In this document: positions 40,794 through 51,203 of the stretch, in pieces
Numbering within the stretch: the first letter of the stretch is position 1
Layout: each line of letters starts with the position of its first letter
Source: Candidatus Magasanikiibacteriota bacterium
GTDB taxonomy: Bacteria; Patescibacteriota; Patescibacteriia; Magasanikbacterales; UBA922
Length of the DNA: 64,000 nt
NCBI GenBank assembly: GCA_021648085.1
Contig: JAKITS010000001.1
Location: 618,759 to 682,758 of the forward strand
Reading direction: 5' to 3'
The notes under the pieces: generated by a model
Told to the model about the DNA's origin: nothing
Database searches by the model: none
Seen by the model: the letters and a program-made list of their open reading frames with translations, nothing else
Position numbers and translations under genes: made by a program

Positions 40794-42116
40794 TCAAGAC
40801 TTATCTACTTTAAAATTTCTAACACGACTATCCATAATAATACTGGATTGATAAAATCGTTTTTTTAGTACAAGTCCTTCGAGAGTTGTACAACGACTGA
40901 GCGCGACATACGTTTGACCGTGAACAAAAGTACCTCGTCCAAGATCTACCACAACTTTATCAAAAGTTTTCCCCTGACTTTTATGAATAGTCATAGCCCA
41001 AGCAAGTTTTACTGGCATTTGTGTAAATGATCCTATTATCTCGCGTTCAAACACACCTTTATTAAAAACATACCTAGAAATTTCCCAAGTATAATTTCCC
41101 ACCTCAACCACTACTCCGTTTGTCTTTTCTACACTAACAACACAACCTCCAATTTTTCCGTCTTCATCAATATCTGTATTTATATCAATAACAGTACCAA
41201 TAGTTCCATTCACCCAGCGTCTTTCTGAATCATTATAAATAAACATGACTTGTGCGCCAATACACAAACAAATCTCCTCACTATTTGGATATAAATTTTT
41301 TGCAATATCACCTTTTATTGATGCATTAAACGAAATTTCTTTTGCTTGAAGCTCTGCCATTTTTGCCTTATTTATGGTTGCGGCCATAGCATTTGTTGTG
41401 ACAAGGTGTACATAATTATCTTCTTGTTTTGGTTCAAAGGTTGGAATAAGCCGTGAGTTCAAAAGTTCTATATGACTATTATTTACTACTCCCTCTCGGA
41501 CAGCATTAAGAACATTGATAAAATCCTTATCTTTTTGTCTATACATTTTTGTGAGTTCAATAATACGCAATCCACTATTTGAAAACATACTGGTCTGAGA
41601 AAGTCTACCAAAAACATTTGCATCAAAAAAGTATGGTGAATCGTACTCCAAAAAAAACTTCTCCTTGTCTCTTTGCGTCACAACTGGTGGAAGTTGATAA
41701 AGATCGCCAAAAAAAATCATTTGCACCCCACCAAAAGGCTCATTGTTCTGGCGTGCCCTGCGCAAAAGTGTATCAACAGCATCCAAAAGATCAGCTCGAA
41801 CCATAGAAATTTCATCAATAGCCAAGGTCTTGATATTTCTAAACTTTACTTTTTTTCTTTCATTAATTGTCATTGACTCTGCCTCGTCTAGTTCAAATCC
41901 TGGCTTTAACATAAAAAATGAATGGATAGTTTCTCCACGCACATTTAGAGCGGATATGCCTGTAGGTGCCAGAACTATCATTTTCTTTTTGGATATCAGG
42001 CGAACATGATCAAGCAGTGTCGACTTCCCTGTCCCAGCCTTACCTGTAACAAAAATAGTACTATTTGTATTCTCAATAATATCTATGACATGTTCTGCCT
42101 GTTTTGAAAATTTCAT
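40794..42116 (-). CDS. Pif1/RecD-like SF1B helicase
   Basis: GKAGTGKS, IDEISMV, FGDLYQLPPV, AWAMTIHKSQG, GQTYVALSR. Confidence 0.92.
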   Translation of the reverse strand: MKFSKQAEHVIDIIENTNSTIFVTGKAGTGKSTLLDHVRLISKKKMIVLAPTGISALNVRGETIHSFFMLKPGFELDEAESMTINERKKVKFRNIKTLAIDEISMVRADLLDAVDTLLRRARQNNEPFGGVQMIFFGDLYQLPPVVTQRDKEKFFLEYDSPYFFDANVFGRLSQTSMFSNSGLRIIELTKMYRQKDKDFINVLNAVREGVVNNSHIELLNSRLIPTFEPKQEDNYVHLVTTNAMAATINKAKMAELQAKEISFNASIKGDIAKNLYPNSEEICLCIGAQVMFIYNDSERRWVNGTIGTVIDINTDIDEDGKIGGCVVSVEKTNGVVVEVGNYTWEISRYVFNKGVFEREIIGSFTQMPVKLAWAMTIHKSQGKTFDKVVVDLGRGTFVHGQTYVALSRCTTLEGLVLKKRFYQSSIIMDSRVRNFKVDKS

Positions 42117-42411
42117 AATTTTTTTCTTCTCGTTTTTTACAACAGATATTCTATCATACCTTACCTGTAAATCTCTATAAATAATACAGAATTTATTTAT
42201 TATACAAGATCTTAATATCTACCCATGACAACAACAACCCATTTTTTGTAAGTGCAATTTTGAGATGGTAAATTTTAAGCATTAATTACAAATATATAAT
42301 AAATATTATTAAAAAAACTCCGCTAATTTTAGCGAAGTTTTTTTCAATTACTCGGAGTGGTGAAGGATGTTAGAACTAAAATGCCATTACAAAGACACTA
42401 AAATAAGATTT

Positions 42412-43086
42412 TTAATTCTCATCAAATTCTAAACTATCCAAGATGAAATTAGCCTCAACTTTATAATTTTCAAGACTTTGTATGTCATTTGGAGAACTGA
42501 TATAAAAATTAATAATAAAAATGCTGGTATCATTTATAAATATTGTATATTCTTTTCTGTACGGGTTATTAACATCTTCTTTAAAAAAAACATTATCAAA
42601 ATTTTTGTATTTAATCTTTGAATAACTTATGTCACTTGTTAAATTGTTTAATAGGTTGTTTAAACTAGAACTATTTAGAAGTGTTATATCTTTATTTTTC
42701 GCCAACATTAAAATAGCGAAAGTTTCGTTTGGCTTGATATTGTCTACATCAGAAACACCTACAGGAGAAAAAGCTGTAGAAAATGATCCTCTGTGACTCA
42801 TATTAGACTCTTTTGTTATATACCAAGTAGCCGGAATCTTTACTGTAATTCCTAAATCAGAATTATATTGTTTTTGATAAAAAATTCCAGTTTGCTCATC
42901 TGTTCCCTTCTCTAACATTTCCCATTCTGCCATTGCTCTATCTACCCATACAGTTTGTTCTTCTATATTTGTACTCTCTTCTTTGGCAAAAGGCCAAACA
43001 TTATTATATTGTAGATATACAAAAATACCTGCGAAAATAATCAGATTTGCTAATACGATTGAAATTATTTTAGTTTTTTTGTTCAT
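42412..43086 (-). CDS. Hypothetical membrane-anchored protein (possible PsbP-like fold)
   Basis: N-terminal TM; YNSDLGITVKIPATW ... ILDSLEF; downstream of tRNA-Asn. Confidence 0.65.
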   Translation of the reverse strand: MNKKTKIISIVLANLIIFAGIFVYLQYNNVWPFAKEESTNIEEQTVWVDRAMAEWEMLEKGTDEQTGIFYQKQYNSDLGITVKIPATWYITKESNMSHRGSFSTAFSPVGVSDVDNIKPNETFAILMLAKNKDITLLNSSSLNNLLNNLTSDISYSKIKYKNFDNVFFKEDVNNPYRKEYTIFINDTSIFIINFYISSPNDIQSLENYKVEANFILDSLEFDEN

Positions 43087-43207
43087 AAAATTATAATATG
43101 ACTATACACTAAAAATACAAAATTGTGAATTTAAAAGCTAGAAATTATAGAAAGACAAAAATCCAAACATCAAAAAAATAGCCTAATTTAAGCTATTTTT
43201 TATTTCG

Positions 43208-43279
43208 CTCCCAGAGCAGGACTCGAACCTGCAACATCCTGGTTAACAGCCAGGTGTTCTACCATTGAACTATCTGGGA
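43208..43279 (-). tRNA. tRNA-Asn (GTT)
   Basis: TCCCAGA/TCTGGGA acceptor stem, CCTGG-ctGTTaa-CCAGG, GGTTCGAGTCC. Confidence 0.95.
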
Positions 43280-43467
43280 ATATAAAAAATAAAAAAATCC
43301 GCATCTTGTGCGGAAATTTTGATGTTTTAGTAAAACAAAATTTCCGCTACTGCGAATTATTGTTATTATTGTTTACTAAAATATATCTCATATATTTATA
43401 TTGTATATACTTTTTATAAATAAGTCAAGTTTTTATGATATAATATAATATATATTGTAAAAATACT

Positions 43468-43929
43468 ATGAATAAAAAAATAACAGAAAAAGATATTCTT
43501 AAATTTCTTAAAAAGCAATTTATAATGCAGATTGCTACGATTTCAAAAAACAAACCACACGCTTCTGTTATCTTATATTATGTTGATAAAGACTTTAACT
43601 TTTATTTTACAACACACAAAAATTCATATAAATCTAAAAACCTACTTAAGAATAAAAAAATAAGTTTTACTATTTGGAAACACGATAAAATATTAGTACA
43701 AGCTGATGGTGTTGTAAGTATTATTAAAAACACTAAAGAAAAATATAGAATTTACAATAAACTAATAAAGTCAGCCTCGATTGGAAAAAATTTTTGGCCA
43801 CCCCTCTTTCATATTAAAGGAAAAAAATACATAGTATTTAAAATAAAACCACAATGGATGCGTATATTAAACTTATCGGAAAAAACAATTACATCAAAAA
43901 CATCACCTTTTACAGAAATTAAATTTTAA
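43468..43929 (+). CDS. Pyridoxamine 5'-phosphate oxidase family (split-barrel FMN-binding) protein
   Basis: IATIS..KPH, FYFTTHKNSYKSKNLLKNKKISF. Confidence 0.8.
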   Translation: MNKKITEKDILKFLKKQFIMQIATISKNKPHASVILYYVDKDFNFYFTTHKNSYKSKNLLKNKKISFTIWKHDKILVQADGVVSIIKNTKEKYRIYNKLIKSASIGKNFWPPLFHIKGKKYIVFKIKPQWMRILNLSEKTITSKTSPFTEIKF

Positions 43930-43933
43930 TGTT

Positions 43934-44320
43934 ATGATTAAAAAAAATAAAAAAAAATTAATTTTACTATCGGATCTAGACCCGATATTAACTAGATTTT
44001 ATAAATTTAAATTTGAAAAACTAAAAAACTGGAAATCCATTATAGCAAAATCTTATCCAAAAGCACTAAAACAAATAGAAAAAGAAAAGCCACAAATTGT
44101 AATATCAGATATAATACTAAAACAAGGAAACGGTTTCAAACTAATCAAAAAAATTAGAAAATCAAAAAATAAAAAAATATCTAAAATACCAATAATTATT
44201 TTAACCGACCTAAGCCAACTGTCTGATAGTAAAAAAGCTAAAAAACTTGGTGCTACAGAGTATTTAATTAAAAATGAAGTTTCTCTAAATGATGTAATTA
44301 AAAAAATTGAAGATTTATAA
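43934..44320 (+). CDS. Stand-alone response regulator receiver domain
   Basis: PQIVISDIIL..GNGF, IPIIILT, LGATEYLIK. Confidence 0.85.
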   Translation: MIKKNKKKLILLSDLDPILTRFYKFKFEKLKNWKSIIAKSYPKALKQIEKEKPQIVISDIILKQGNGFKLIKKIRKSKNKKISKIPIIILTDLSQLSDSKKAKKLGATEYLIKNEVSLNDVIKKIEDL

Positions 44321-44346
44321 AAAATAAAGCCTACAAAAAATTACTT

Positions 44347-45366
44347 TTAAAAGTAATTTTTAATTGCCAATTCCACTAATTTTGTAATCAAATTTTTATA
44401 ACTCAAACCAGACTCAATCCAAAGTTTTGGATACATAGAAATAGGTGTAAAACCTGGAATTGTGTTTATTTCATTTAAAAAGATTTTATTATTTTTATCC
44501 ATCAAAAAATCCACTCTTGCCAAACCTTGACAATTTGATATTTTATAAGCATATAATGCTATTTTTTTTATTTCTTTTATTTGTTCGTTTGATAATTTTG
44601 CAGGGATCTCAAAAACTGCGTTCTCTTCCTTATATTTATCATCATAATCATAAAAATCTGCACCCGGAATTATTTTTCCCAAAATAGAAATATTAAAATC
44701 TTTTACACTATTTCCCAAAATAGAAACTTCTATTTCTACTGCACAATTCACAGCTTCTTCAATTACAATTCTATTATCATATTTGGTCGCTTTTTCTATT
44801 GAACTTTCCAATTTATTTTTATCTTCTACTTTATAAACTCCAATAGACGAGCCAGCTCGTGAAGGTTTTACAAAAACTGGAAATTTAAATTTATTTTTTA
44901 TTTTTTCTATTTTTCTGCTTATCTCTTTTTTATCTTCTGCCAAAAAATCTATCCCCACAAATTTTGGTTTGGAGATTTTATTATAAACCATCAATTGATT
45001 GAAGATATATTTATCCAAACAAACCGCAGACGCCAAAATATCTGCGCCAACAAATGGAATTTTTAAAGTTTTCAAAAAACCTTGAATTGAGCCATCTTCC
45101 CCACCTTCCCCATGAAGAACTGGAAAAGCAACATCAATCTTTTTAGCAAGATTATTTAAATCAACTTTTTCTAACTCTTTTAAATTTTTATTTTTAACTT
45201 TCTCAATAACATTTTTACCAGTCCAAAAAATCCCCTTTTTATCAATAAAAATTTCTATTATTTTAAATTTTTTATTGTCCACACTGCTCAAAACGCCCTC
45301 AGCAGAAATAATTGAAATATCATATTCACTAGAAATCCCACCAAAAAAAATACCAAGAATTTTCAT
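44347..45366 (-). CDS. ddl: D-alanine--D-alanine ligase
   Basis: GGISSEYDIS, LHGEGGEDGSIQG, KPSRAGSS, NEINTIPGFT. Confidence 0.96.
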   Translation of the reverse strand: MKILGIFFGGISSEYDISIISAEGVLSSVDNKKFKIIEIFIDKKGIFWTGKNVIEKVKNKNLKELEKVDLNNLAKKIDVAFPVLHGEGGEDGSIQGFLKTLKIPFVGADILASAVCLDKYIFNQLMVYNKISKPKFVGIDFLAEDKKEISRKIEKIKNKFKFPVFVKPSRAGSSIGVYKVEDKNKLESSIEKATKYDNRIVIEEAVNCAVEIEVSILGNSVKDFNISILGKIIPGADFYDYDDKYKEENAVFEIPAKLSNEQIKEIKKIALYAYKISNCQGLARVDFLMDKNNKIFLNEINTIPGFTPISMYPKLWIESGLSYKNLITKLVELAIKNYF

Positions 45367-45370
45367 ATTT

Positions 45371-46354
45371 TTAAGTAATCCCAACTAGCTTTTTTACTTC
45401 TTCCAAAGTTTGAGTAGCTTTTGGTTGTGCTTTTTGTGCGCCTTTTATTAGAATTTCTGCGATTTTATCTCTGTCCATTAGCAATTCTTCACGAGTTTTT
45501 CTAAATTCTGCAAAATACTCACTTATAGAATTAGAAGTTAGCTTTTTTAATTCACTATATTTTATAGTTCCATCTTTTTCAGCCTGTTTAAACCTTTCCA
45601 ATTCTTTTTTATCCCCAAAGTTTTGAGCAAGTGTGAATAAATTTTGAACACCTGGTGATTCATCACCGCCAGCCGAAGCTGTCACAGACTTTTGAATTTT
45701 CTTTTCAATTATATTTGGCTCATCCGCCAATTCTATTACATGGCCCAATCCAGCACTTTTACTCATCTTTTTTGTAGGCTCCAATAAACTCATCACTTTT
45801 GGAGTTTCCGTAAGCAGATCCTGAACTTCTGCAAAATAATCATCAAATCTATTATTAAACCAACGCCCAATTTTCCTAGTTAATTCCACATGTTGGACTT
45901 GATCCTTCCCTACTGGAACTTTATTTGCACCATAAAGCAAAATATCTGCAGACTGCAAAACTGGATAAGAAAACAAACCAGAATTAATATTTTTTGCTTG
46001 TTTTACAGACTTATCTTTAAATTGAGTCATTCTTTCTAGCTCCACAATTGGTGTTATACAATTAAAAATCCAATTCAACTCTGTATGCCCATCTATGTGT
46101 GACTGAACAAAAAATGTAGTCTTGTCCGGATCAATTCCAACAGCCAACAATTCTACTGCAGTTTTTATTATCTGCTCTTTTCTGTCTTCTGCACTCATAT
46201 TTCCAGTCAAAGAATGGAGGTCGGCAATAAAAATATACATTTCATATTTACCAGAATTTTGAAGTTCCACCCAATTTTTTACTGCACCCAAATAGTTTCC
46301 AATGTGTAAATTCCCAGTTGGTTGCATTCCAGATACTATTATTTCTTTTGACAT
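45371..46354 (-). CDS. trpS: Tryptophan--tRNA ligase
   Basis: QPTGNLHIGNYLGA, VPVGKDQ, KMSKS. Confidence 0.97.
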   Translation of the reverse strand: MSKEIIVSGMQPTGNLHIGNYLGAVKNWVELQNSGKYEMYIFIADLHSLTGNMSAEDRKEQIIKTAVELLAVGIDPDKTTFFVQSHIDGHTELNWIFNCITPIVELERMTQFKDKSVKQAKNINSGLFSYPVLQSADILLYGANKVPVGKDQVQHVELTRKIGRWFNNRFDDYFAEVQDLLTETPKVMSLLEPTKKMSKSAGLGHVIELADEPNIIEKKIQKSVTASAGGDESPGVQNLFTLAQNFGDKKELERFKQAEKDGTIKYSELKKLTSNSISEYFAEFRKTREELLMDRDKIAEILIKGAQKAQPKATQTLEEVKKLVGIT

Positions 46355-46468
46355 ATTTTTTGTTCATTTACTAAATTCTCACTACCTAAAGTCTATCACA
46401 GCCCAAAATAAAAATATAGTGGTTAAACTATATTTTTATTTTTTGAATTTATTTTATTACTTAATATT

Positions 46469-46663
46469 TTATTGATTTGGGTTTTCTGGTAAAAATACTG
46501 TGGCCAAAACATAAGCAGCAATCATAGGAAAAAATCCTGTTGTAAAAACCAATAATACAAAAATTACTCTAAGTATGTTTGCGTCTACGCTCAAATACTC
46601 ACCCACCCCACCCAAAACTCCAGAAAGTTTTTTATCTTTTTTAGACTTGTATAATTTTTTCAT
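46469..46663 (-). CDS. pspC: PspC domain protein
   Basis: KKLYKSKKDKKLSGVLGGVGEYL..D...LRVIF. Confidence 0.85.
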   Translation of the reverse strand: MKKLYKSKKDKKLSGVLGGVGEYLSVDANILRVIFVLLVFTTGFFPMIAAYVLATVFLPENPNQ

Positions 46664-46671
46664 AATAATTA

Positions 46672-48474
46672 TTATACTTGAATAATTACAGGCAAAATCA
46701 TTGGGCGTTTTTTTGTTTTTGTAAGAACAAACTGACCTATTTTGTCGCGGATATCATTTTTAATTTGATTTGTGTCTGCCCAAGTTAATGGATCTGACTT
46801 CAAAACCATTCTTTTTACCTTGTGTCGCACATCTTCTATTAAAGCTTTATTTTCTTTTAAGAATACAAACCCACGAGATATAATATCTGGATTTTGCACC
46901 AAAACTCCTTTTTTAGAATCTACTGTTGCAATTATTACAATCATTCCGTCTTCTGCTAAGGCTTGCCTATCACGAATTACAATTTTTTGTGTATCGCTCA
47001 CCCCAAGCCCATCTACAAACACATAATCTGTATCAACTTTTTCTTTCAAAATTCGTAAAGATTTGGGATTTAACTCCATTACAGTTCCATTATCTGGAAC
47101 TACTATTCTCTCTTTTGGAAAACCATTTTCACGCGCCAACTTTGCAGCTTCTTTCAAAAAATAATGATAAGCATAAACCGGCATAAAATATGTTGGTTGA
47201 ATTTGCTTTATCATATCCAAAATATCTTGACGAGTTGCATGTCCACTCACATGAACATCCATTACCTGATTATGATAAACATTATCACACTGGCGATACA
47301 TATTATCTTTCAATTTCTGAATGCTTCTCTCATTTCCCGGGATTACAGAAGAAGAAAATATTACAGTATCTTTGTCCACCAAAGAAATAAATCTGTGACT
47401 TTTATTTACAATTCTAGAAAGGACCGCATTTTGCTCTCCTTGAGCTCCAGTACACACAACCATTACTTTGTTATCTGGATAATCTTTGATGTTTTTTATA
47501 TCTATAAGCACACCTTTTCTCATTTTCACATAGCCAAGTTTTCTGGCTAGTTCTATGTTCATTTTCATACTATAACCATCTAAAGCTACAACTTTGCCCA
47601 TATCTTGTGCTACATCCAAAATCCATTTTACACGCTCAATTTGTGATGAAAATGTTCCAATAATAATTCTACCTTGTGCTTTAGAAATAATTTTTTTCAA
47701 ATTTCTATACATTTCTTCATAAGATGCTCCGCGATGTTCGTGCATTGCACCCAAACTTTCCAACATTAAAATAGTTGGCATGTTTGGTTTTTTCATCTCT
47801 CTCAATTCTTTATAATCTATTAAAGGATTTCCATCCTCATCGTGATCAAAAGTCCAATCTCCGGGATGAATTGCAATTCCAGCTGGAGTTTCAATAATCA
47901 CACCGACAGCATCCATAATTGAATGCTCTACTTGAAAAAACTTTACTGTAATTTTTCCAAAACGAATTACATCTTTTACACTTTTTATACGAATTGTTTT
48001 CAATTTATCTGCTGTACCTTTTTTATAATCATCTTGCTTATGTTTTATCATCGCAAGAGTCAAATCACGAGCAGCAATCACAGGATTATTTAATTTTTCT
48101 AGTAAAATCGGTGCAGCCCCAATATGGTCCAAATGTCCGTGACTAAACACAACACCTTTTACATCTTTCTCCCTACCTTCCAAATATTTTGTATTTGGAA
48201 TTATAAAATCAATTCCAGGCATATCATCTTCTGGAAACTGAATTCCCATATCCAAAATAACAATGTCACCATCATACTCAAACACAGTCATATTACGACC
48301 AACCTCCTCACATCCGCCAATTGGTATAATACGAAGATTCTTGTTTTTAGGTAAAACAAGTGACTTCTTTTTTCTGTTATCATTTTGCCCACCTTTTTTG
48401 GCAGGTCTTCGTGTAGAATTATGCCCACCTCTTTTGTTTTGTGCCTTGTAGGTATTTCTCTTTTTGTTTTCCAT
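46672..48474 (-). CDS. rnj: Ribonuclease J
   Basis: GGCEEVGRNM, SHGHLDHIG, TGAQGE, HVSGHA, RPMILPVI. Confidence 0.96.
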   Translation of the reverse strand: MENKKRNTYKAQNKRGGHNSTRRPAKKGGQNDNRKKKSLVLPKNKNLRIIPIGGCEEVGRNMTVFEYDGDIVILDMGIQFPEDDMPGIDFIIPNTKYLEGREKDVKGVVFSHGHLDHIGAAPILLEKLNNPVIAARDLTLAMIKHKQDDYKKGTADKLKTIRIKSVKDVIRFGKITVKFFQVEHSIMDAVGVIIETPAGIAIHPGDWTFDHDEDGNPLIDYKELREMKKPNMPTILMLESLGAMHEHRGASYEEMYRNLKKIISKAQGRIIIGTFSSQIERVKWILDVAQDMGKVVALDGYSMKMNIELARKLGYVKMRKGVLIDIKNIKDYPDNKVMVVCTGAQGEQNAVLSRIVNKSHRFISLVDKDTVIFSSSVIPGNERSIQKLKDNMYRQCDNVYHNQVMDVHVSGHATRQDILDMIKQIQPTYFMPVYAYHYFLKEAAKLARENGFPKERIVVPDNGTVMELNPKSLRILKEKVDTDYVFVDGLGVSDTQKIVIRDRQALAEDGMIVIIATVDSKKGVLVQNPDIISRGFVFLKENKALIEDVRHKVKRMVLKSDPLTWADTNQIKNDIRDKIGQFVLTKTKKRPMILPVIIQV

Positions 48475-48676
48475 ATTTTTATTAATTAAAAAAGTTTGTA
48501 GGGAATAATCCCTATTAAAATTTAAATTGTTTGAAGATTTTAAACTCTTTTGCAAACAACTTTTTAAAAGAATAAAATTCTCAAAATACCTTATTTATAC
48601 AAAGTATTTGTTAAATTTTACACAAAAGTTATTTACAAATAAGTCTAAGATGTTGGACAAGCTCTTAAATAAAAAA

Positions 48677-50713
48677 TTATTTCTTAAAATTCCACTGACC
48701 TTTTGTCTTAATGAACCAAGTATTCACATCTGCAAACCTATCTGCAGGTCTTGCAATTCTCACAGCACTAACCCCTTGAACCTTATCTGTGGTTGCATAA
48801 GTATATATTGGGATAAACAAGAAAGACGCTGGCTTCTCAGCAATAATTATATCTTGTAATTTTGAATATATCTCTTCTAGTTTTTCTGTATTATCTTCTT
48901 TTTGAGCTTGTTCCAACAAAGCGTCTGCATTTCTATTTACATATCCAGACAAATTCAAGCCAGGAAAAGCAACTTGTGATGAATGCCAAAAAGGAAACTG
49001 ATCTGGATCATTTCCAACAATTACTCCATAAAGTAAAATATCATACTCCCTAGGTCTTAAAACTTCTTTATTAAAATCTTTTGAATTTACATATTTTATA
49101 TTTGTCATTACTCCCAAATCCTGCCAAAAAGCTGACAACAAATTAGCTACTTGTCTGAATTCTTCTGTATCTGCCGTTACCAGCTTAAGTGTCAAAAACT
49201 CATCATTACTATTTTTTCTATAAAAAGATTGGACTTCACTTATCTCCTCATTCAGTCTTATTTCTATTTCTTGTTCTGCAAGTTCTCTTAATCTTGTCTT
49301 TTCTGCCTCGAGAACTTCTGTTGCTATTTCTGGAGTTGTTGTAGAAATATTGCCCGTTTCTTCGCCTACTGTTTCTTCTTCAGTTTTTTGCAGATCTTCC
49401 CACTCTTTCAACAAGGTTTCTTTACGCAAAGTTCTATAATCTTCTGCTGTCACTTTACTCCAACTTTTATCCAAAAGTTCACTTGCTTCTTGAACATCGT
49501 AAGTAGATTTATTTTTTTCTTCATCAAAACCAGGAAATCCAGGTAAAATAGGTCCATTTAAAGTTTTTGCTTCCCCGCTTAAAACCTCCTTCAAAATACG
49601 ATCCTTATTAATAGCATAAGAAAGTGCTGTACGCAAATTCTTACTCTTCATTTTATCTACACCAAGATTAAAAAACAAAGCATTGTATTGTGGCAAATGC
49701 AAAGTATGTAAATTAATATGTTTCCTCTCCACTCTGTGTTGCAAATCTGATGGTACAAAATTTAATCCATCTACTTTTTGCTCTCGTATAGCTTGAATTG
49801 CCCCGGCTTCTCCACCGTATTCATTATAAAATTGAAACACAAATTCCTTTATAAAAGCTGGCGCTCTGTGGTAATTTTCATATCTCACAAGCTCATACCT
49901 AAAAATATAGCCAGACTCATCTTGTACCAGTTTTTTGAATACAAACGGTCCAGTTCCGACTGGTTGTAGATTTCTTTGAGCCAAACGAACACGCTCTGGA
50001 GAGATTTGTGACCAAATATGCTCTGGAATAATTCCAACAGTCAAACTAGACAAAAATGGCGTAAAAGGTTCCTTTAAAGTAAATCTTACATTCTGCTCAT
50101 CTATTACTTTTACATCTACTCCTTGAAAACTTACAAATAATGGGCTGTTTACAGAAGGCTCCAAAATTGTATCTATTGTAAAAACAACATCATAAGCTGT
50201 AAAAGGTTGTCCATCGTGCCACTTTACATCCTCTTTTAATTTAAAAGTATAAGTTTTTTTATCATCACTTATCTCATAAGATTCTGCTAAATCCAATTGG
50301 ATTTGCTGATTTTCGTCGTAACGCAACAGACCAGAATAAACTAAATTTGAAATATCCAAGTCAACATCATTTATACTAGCAAAAACAGGATTTATAAGTT
50401 GTGGTGAACCAACAACAGCTTCTATATACTTTCCACCAACTGCAGGAATGTCCACTCTAAAATTATTAACAAGAACAACTCCAGACCAAAAAATTCCAAC
50501 TAAAAAAATTAAAGAACTAAGGCTTAATATCTTCTGCTCTTTAGATGATAACAAGTGTTTTATTCTTCTAAACTGACCCCAGCTAGGAACTTTTTTACCA
50601 TGTATTTTACGCAAAAGTTTTGTGTCTAGTTCGCGACCAACCAAAGACTTAGGTTCTCTTTTTTTTAATTTAGAAAACTTTTTAGAAATTTTTTTAACTA
50701 ATTTTTGAAGCAC
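48677..50713 (-). CDS. Family 5 (peptide) ABC substrate-binding protein
   Basis: DLAES, KWHDGQPFTAYDVVFT, PVGTGPF; no permease genes adjacent. Confidence 0.9.
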   Translation of the reverse strand: MLQKLVKKISKKFSKLKKREPKSLVGRELDTKLLRKIHGKKVPSWGQFRRIKHLLSSKEQKILSLSSLIFLVGIFWSGVVLVNNFRVDIPAVGGKYIEAVVGSPQLINPVFASINDVDLDISNLVYSGLLRYDENQQIQLDLAESYEISDDKKTYTFKLKEDVKWHDGQPFTAYDVVFTIDTILEPSVNSPLFVSFQGVDVKVIDEQNVRFTLKEPFTPFLSSLTVGIIPEHIWSQISPERVRLAQRNLQPVGTGPFVFKKLVQDESGYIFRYELVRYENYHRAPAFIKEFVFQFYNEYGGEAGAIQAIREQKVDGLNFVPSDLQHRVERKHINLHTLHLPQYNALFFNLGVDKMKSKNLRTALSYAINKDRILKEVLSGEAKTLNGPILPGFPGFDEEKNKSTYDVQEASELLDKSWSKVTAEDYRTLRKETLLKEWEDLQKTEEETVGEETGNISTTTPEIATEVLEAEKTRLRELAEQEIEIRLNEEISEVQSFYRKNSNDEFLTLKLVTADTEEFRQVANLLSAFWQDLGVMTNIKYVNSKDFNKEVLRPREYDILLYGVIVGNDPDQFPFWHSSQVAFPGLNLSGYVNRNADALLEQAQKEDNTEKLEEIYSKLQDIIIAEKPASFLFIPIYTYATTDKVQGVSAVRIARPADRFADVNTWFIKTKGQWNFKK

Positions 50714-50764
50714 ATTATTGGTTAAAAATAACCTATTTTTAGAATTTATTACAAAACAAACCCT

Positions 50765-50983
50765 TTAAATAACTAAACTAATTATTGCCAAGAGGAAGAA
50801 AAATATTGATAATACAATAGTAGCATTAAAAAGTAGTTTATCTACTCCACGCTTTGTAGTCTTGATAGAGCCTCCACCTCCTCCAAAGGCAGCACCCAAT
50901 CCTGAACTGCTTTTTTGCAATAGTATTACAACTATCAATAAAACCGACAGGATAATTTGTATAATTGAAATTGTGAAGTTCAT
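50765..50983 (-). CDS. secG: Preprotein translocase subunit SecG
   Basis: ILLQKSSSGLGAAFGG ... TKRGVDK. Confidence 0.9.
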   Translation of the reverse strand: MNFTISIIQIILSVLLIVVILLQKSSSGLGAAFGGGGGSIKTTKRGVDKLLFNATIVLSIFFFLLAIISLVI

Positions 50984-51203
50984 AACTTATGATACCAAAA
51001 TAATAAAGGCATATCTAGTAAATTTACAATATCCTTATTAGATATACTTAAATAGTATAGTATAGTTTGATAAATTAATCAAGTATTTCAATACAAATAA
51101 CAATAAAATAGTTAATAATTCAACTTATTGTTTGACAATTAAGCCAATGTGTTTTATTATTATATGTACGAATAAATGTACTTTTGAGAATAGGGAGTAT
51201 AAA

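Noticed and set aside
42346-42385. Degenerate att copy of the tRNA-Asn 3' end
   Set aside because: Only scattered matches (ctc..agga..gaac); no convincing direct repeat and no recombinase.
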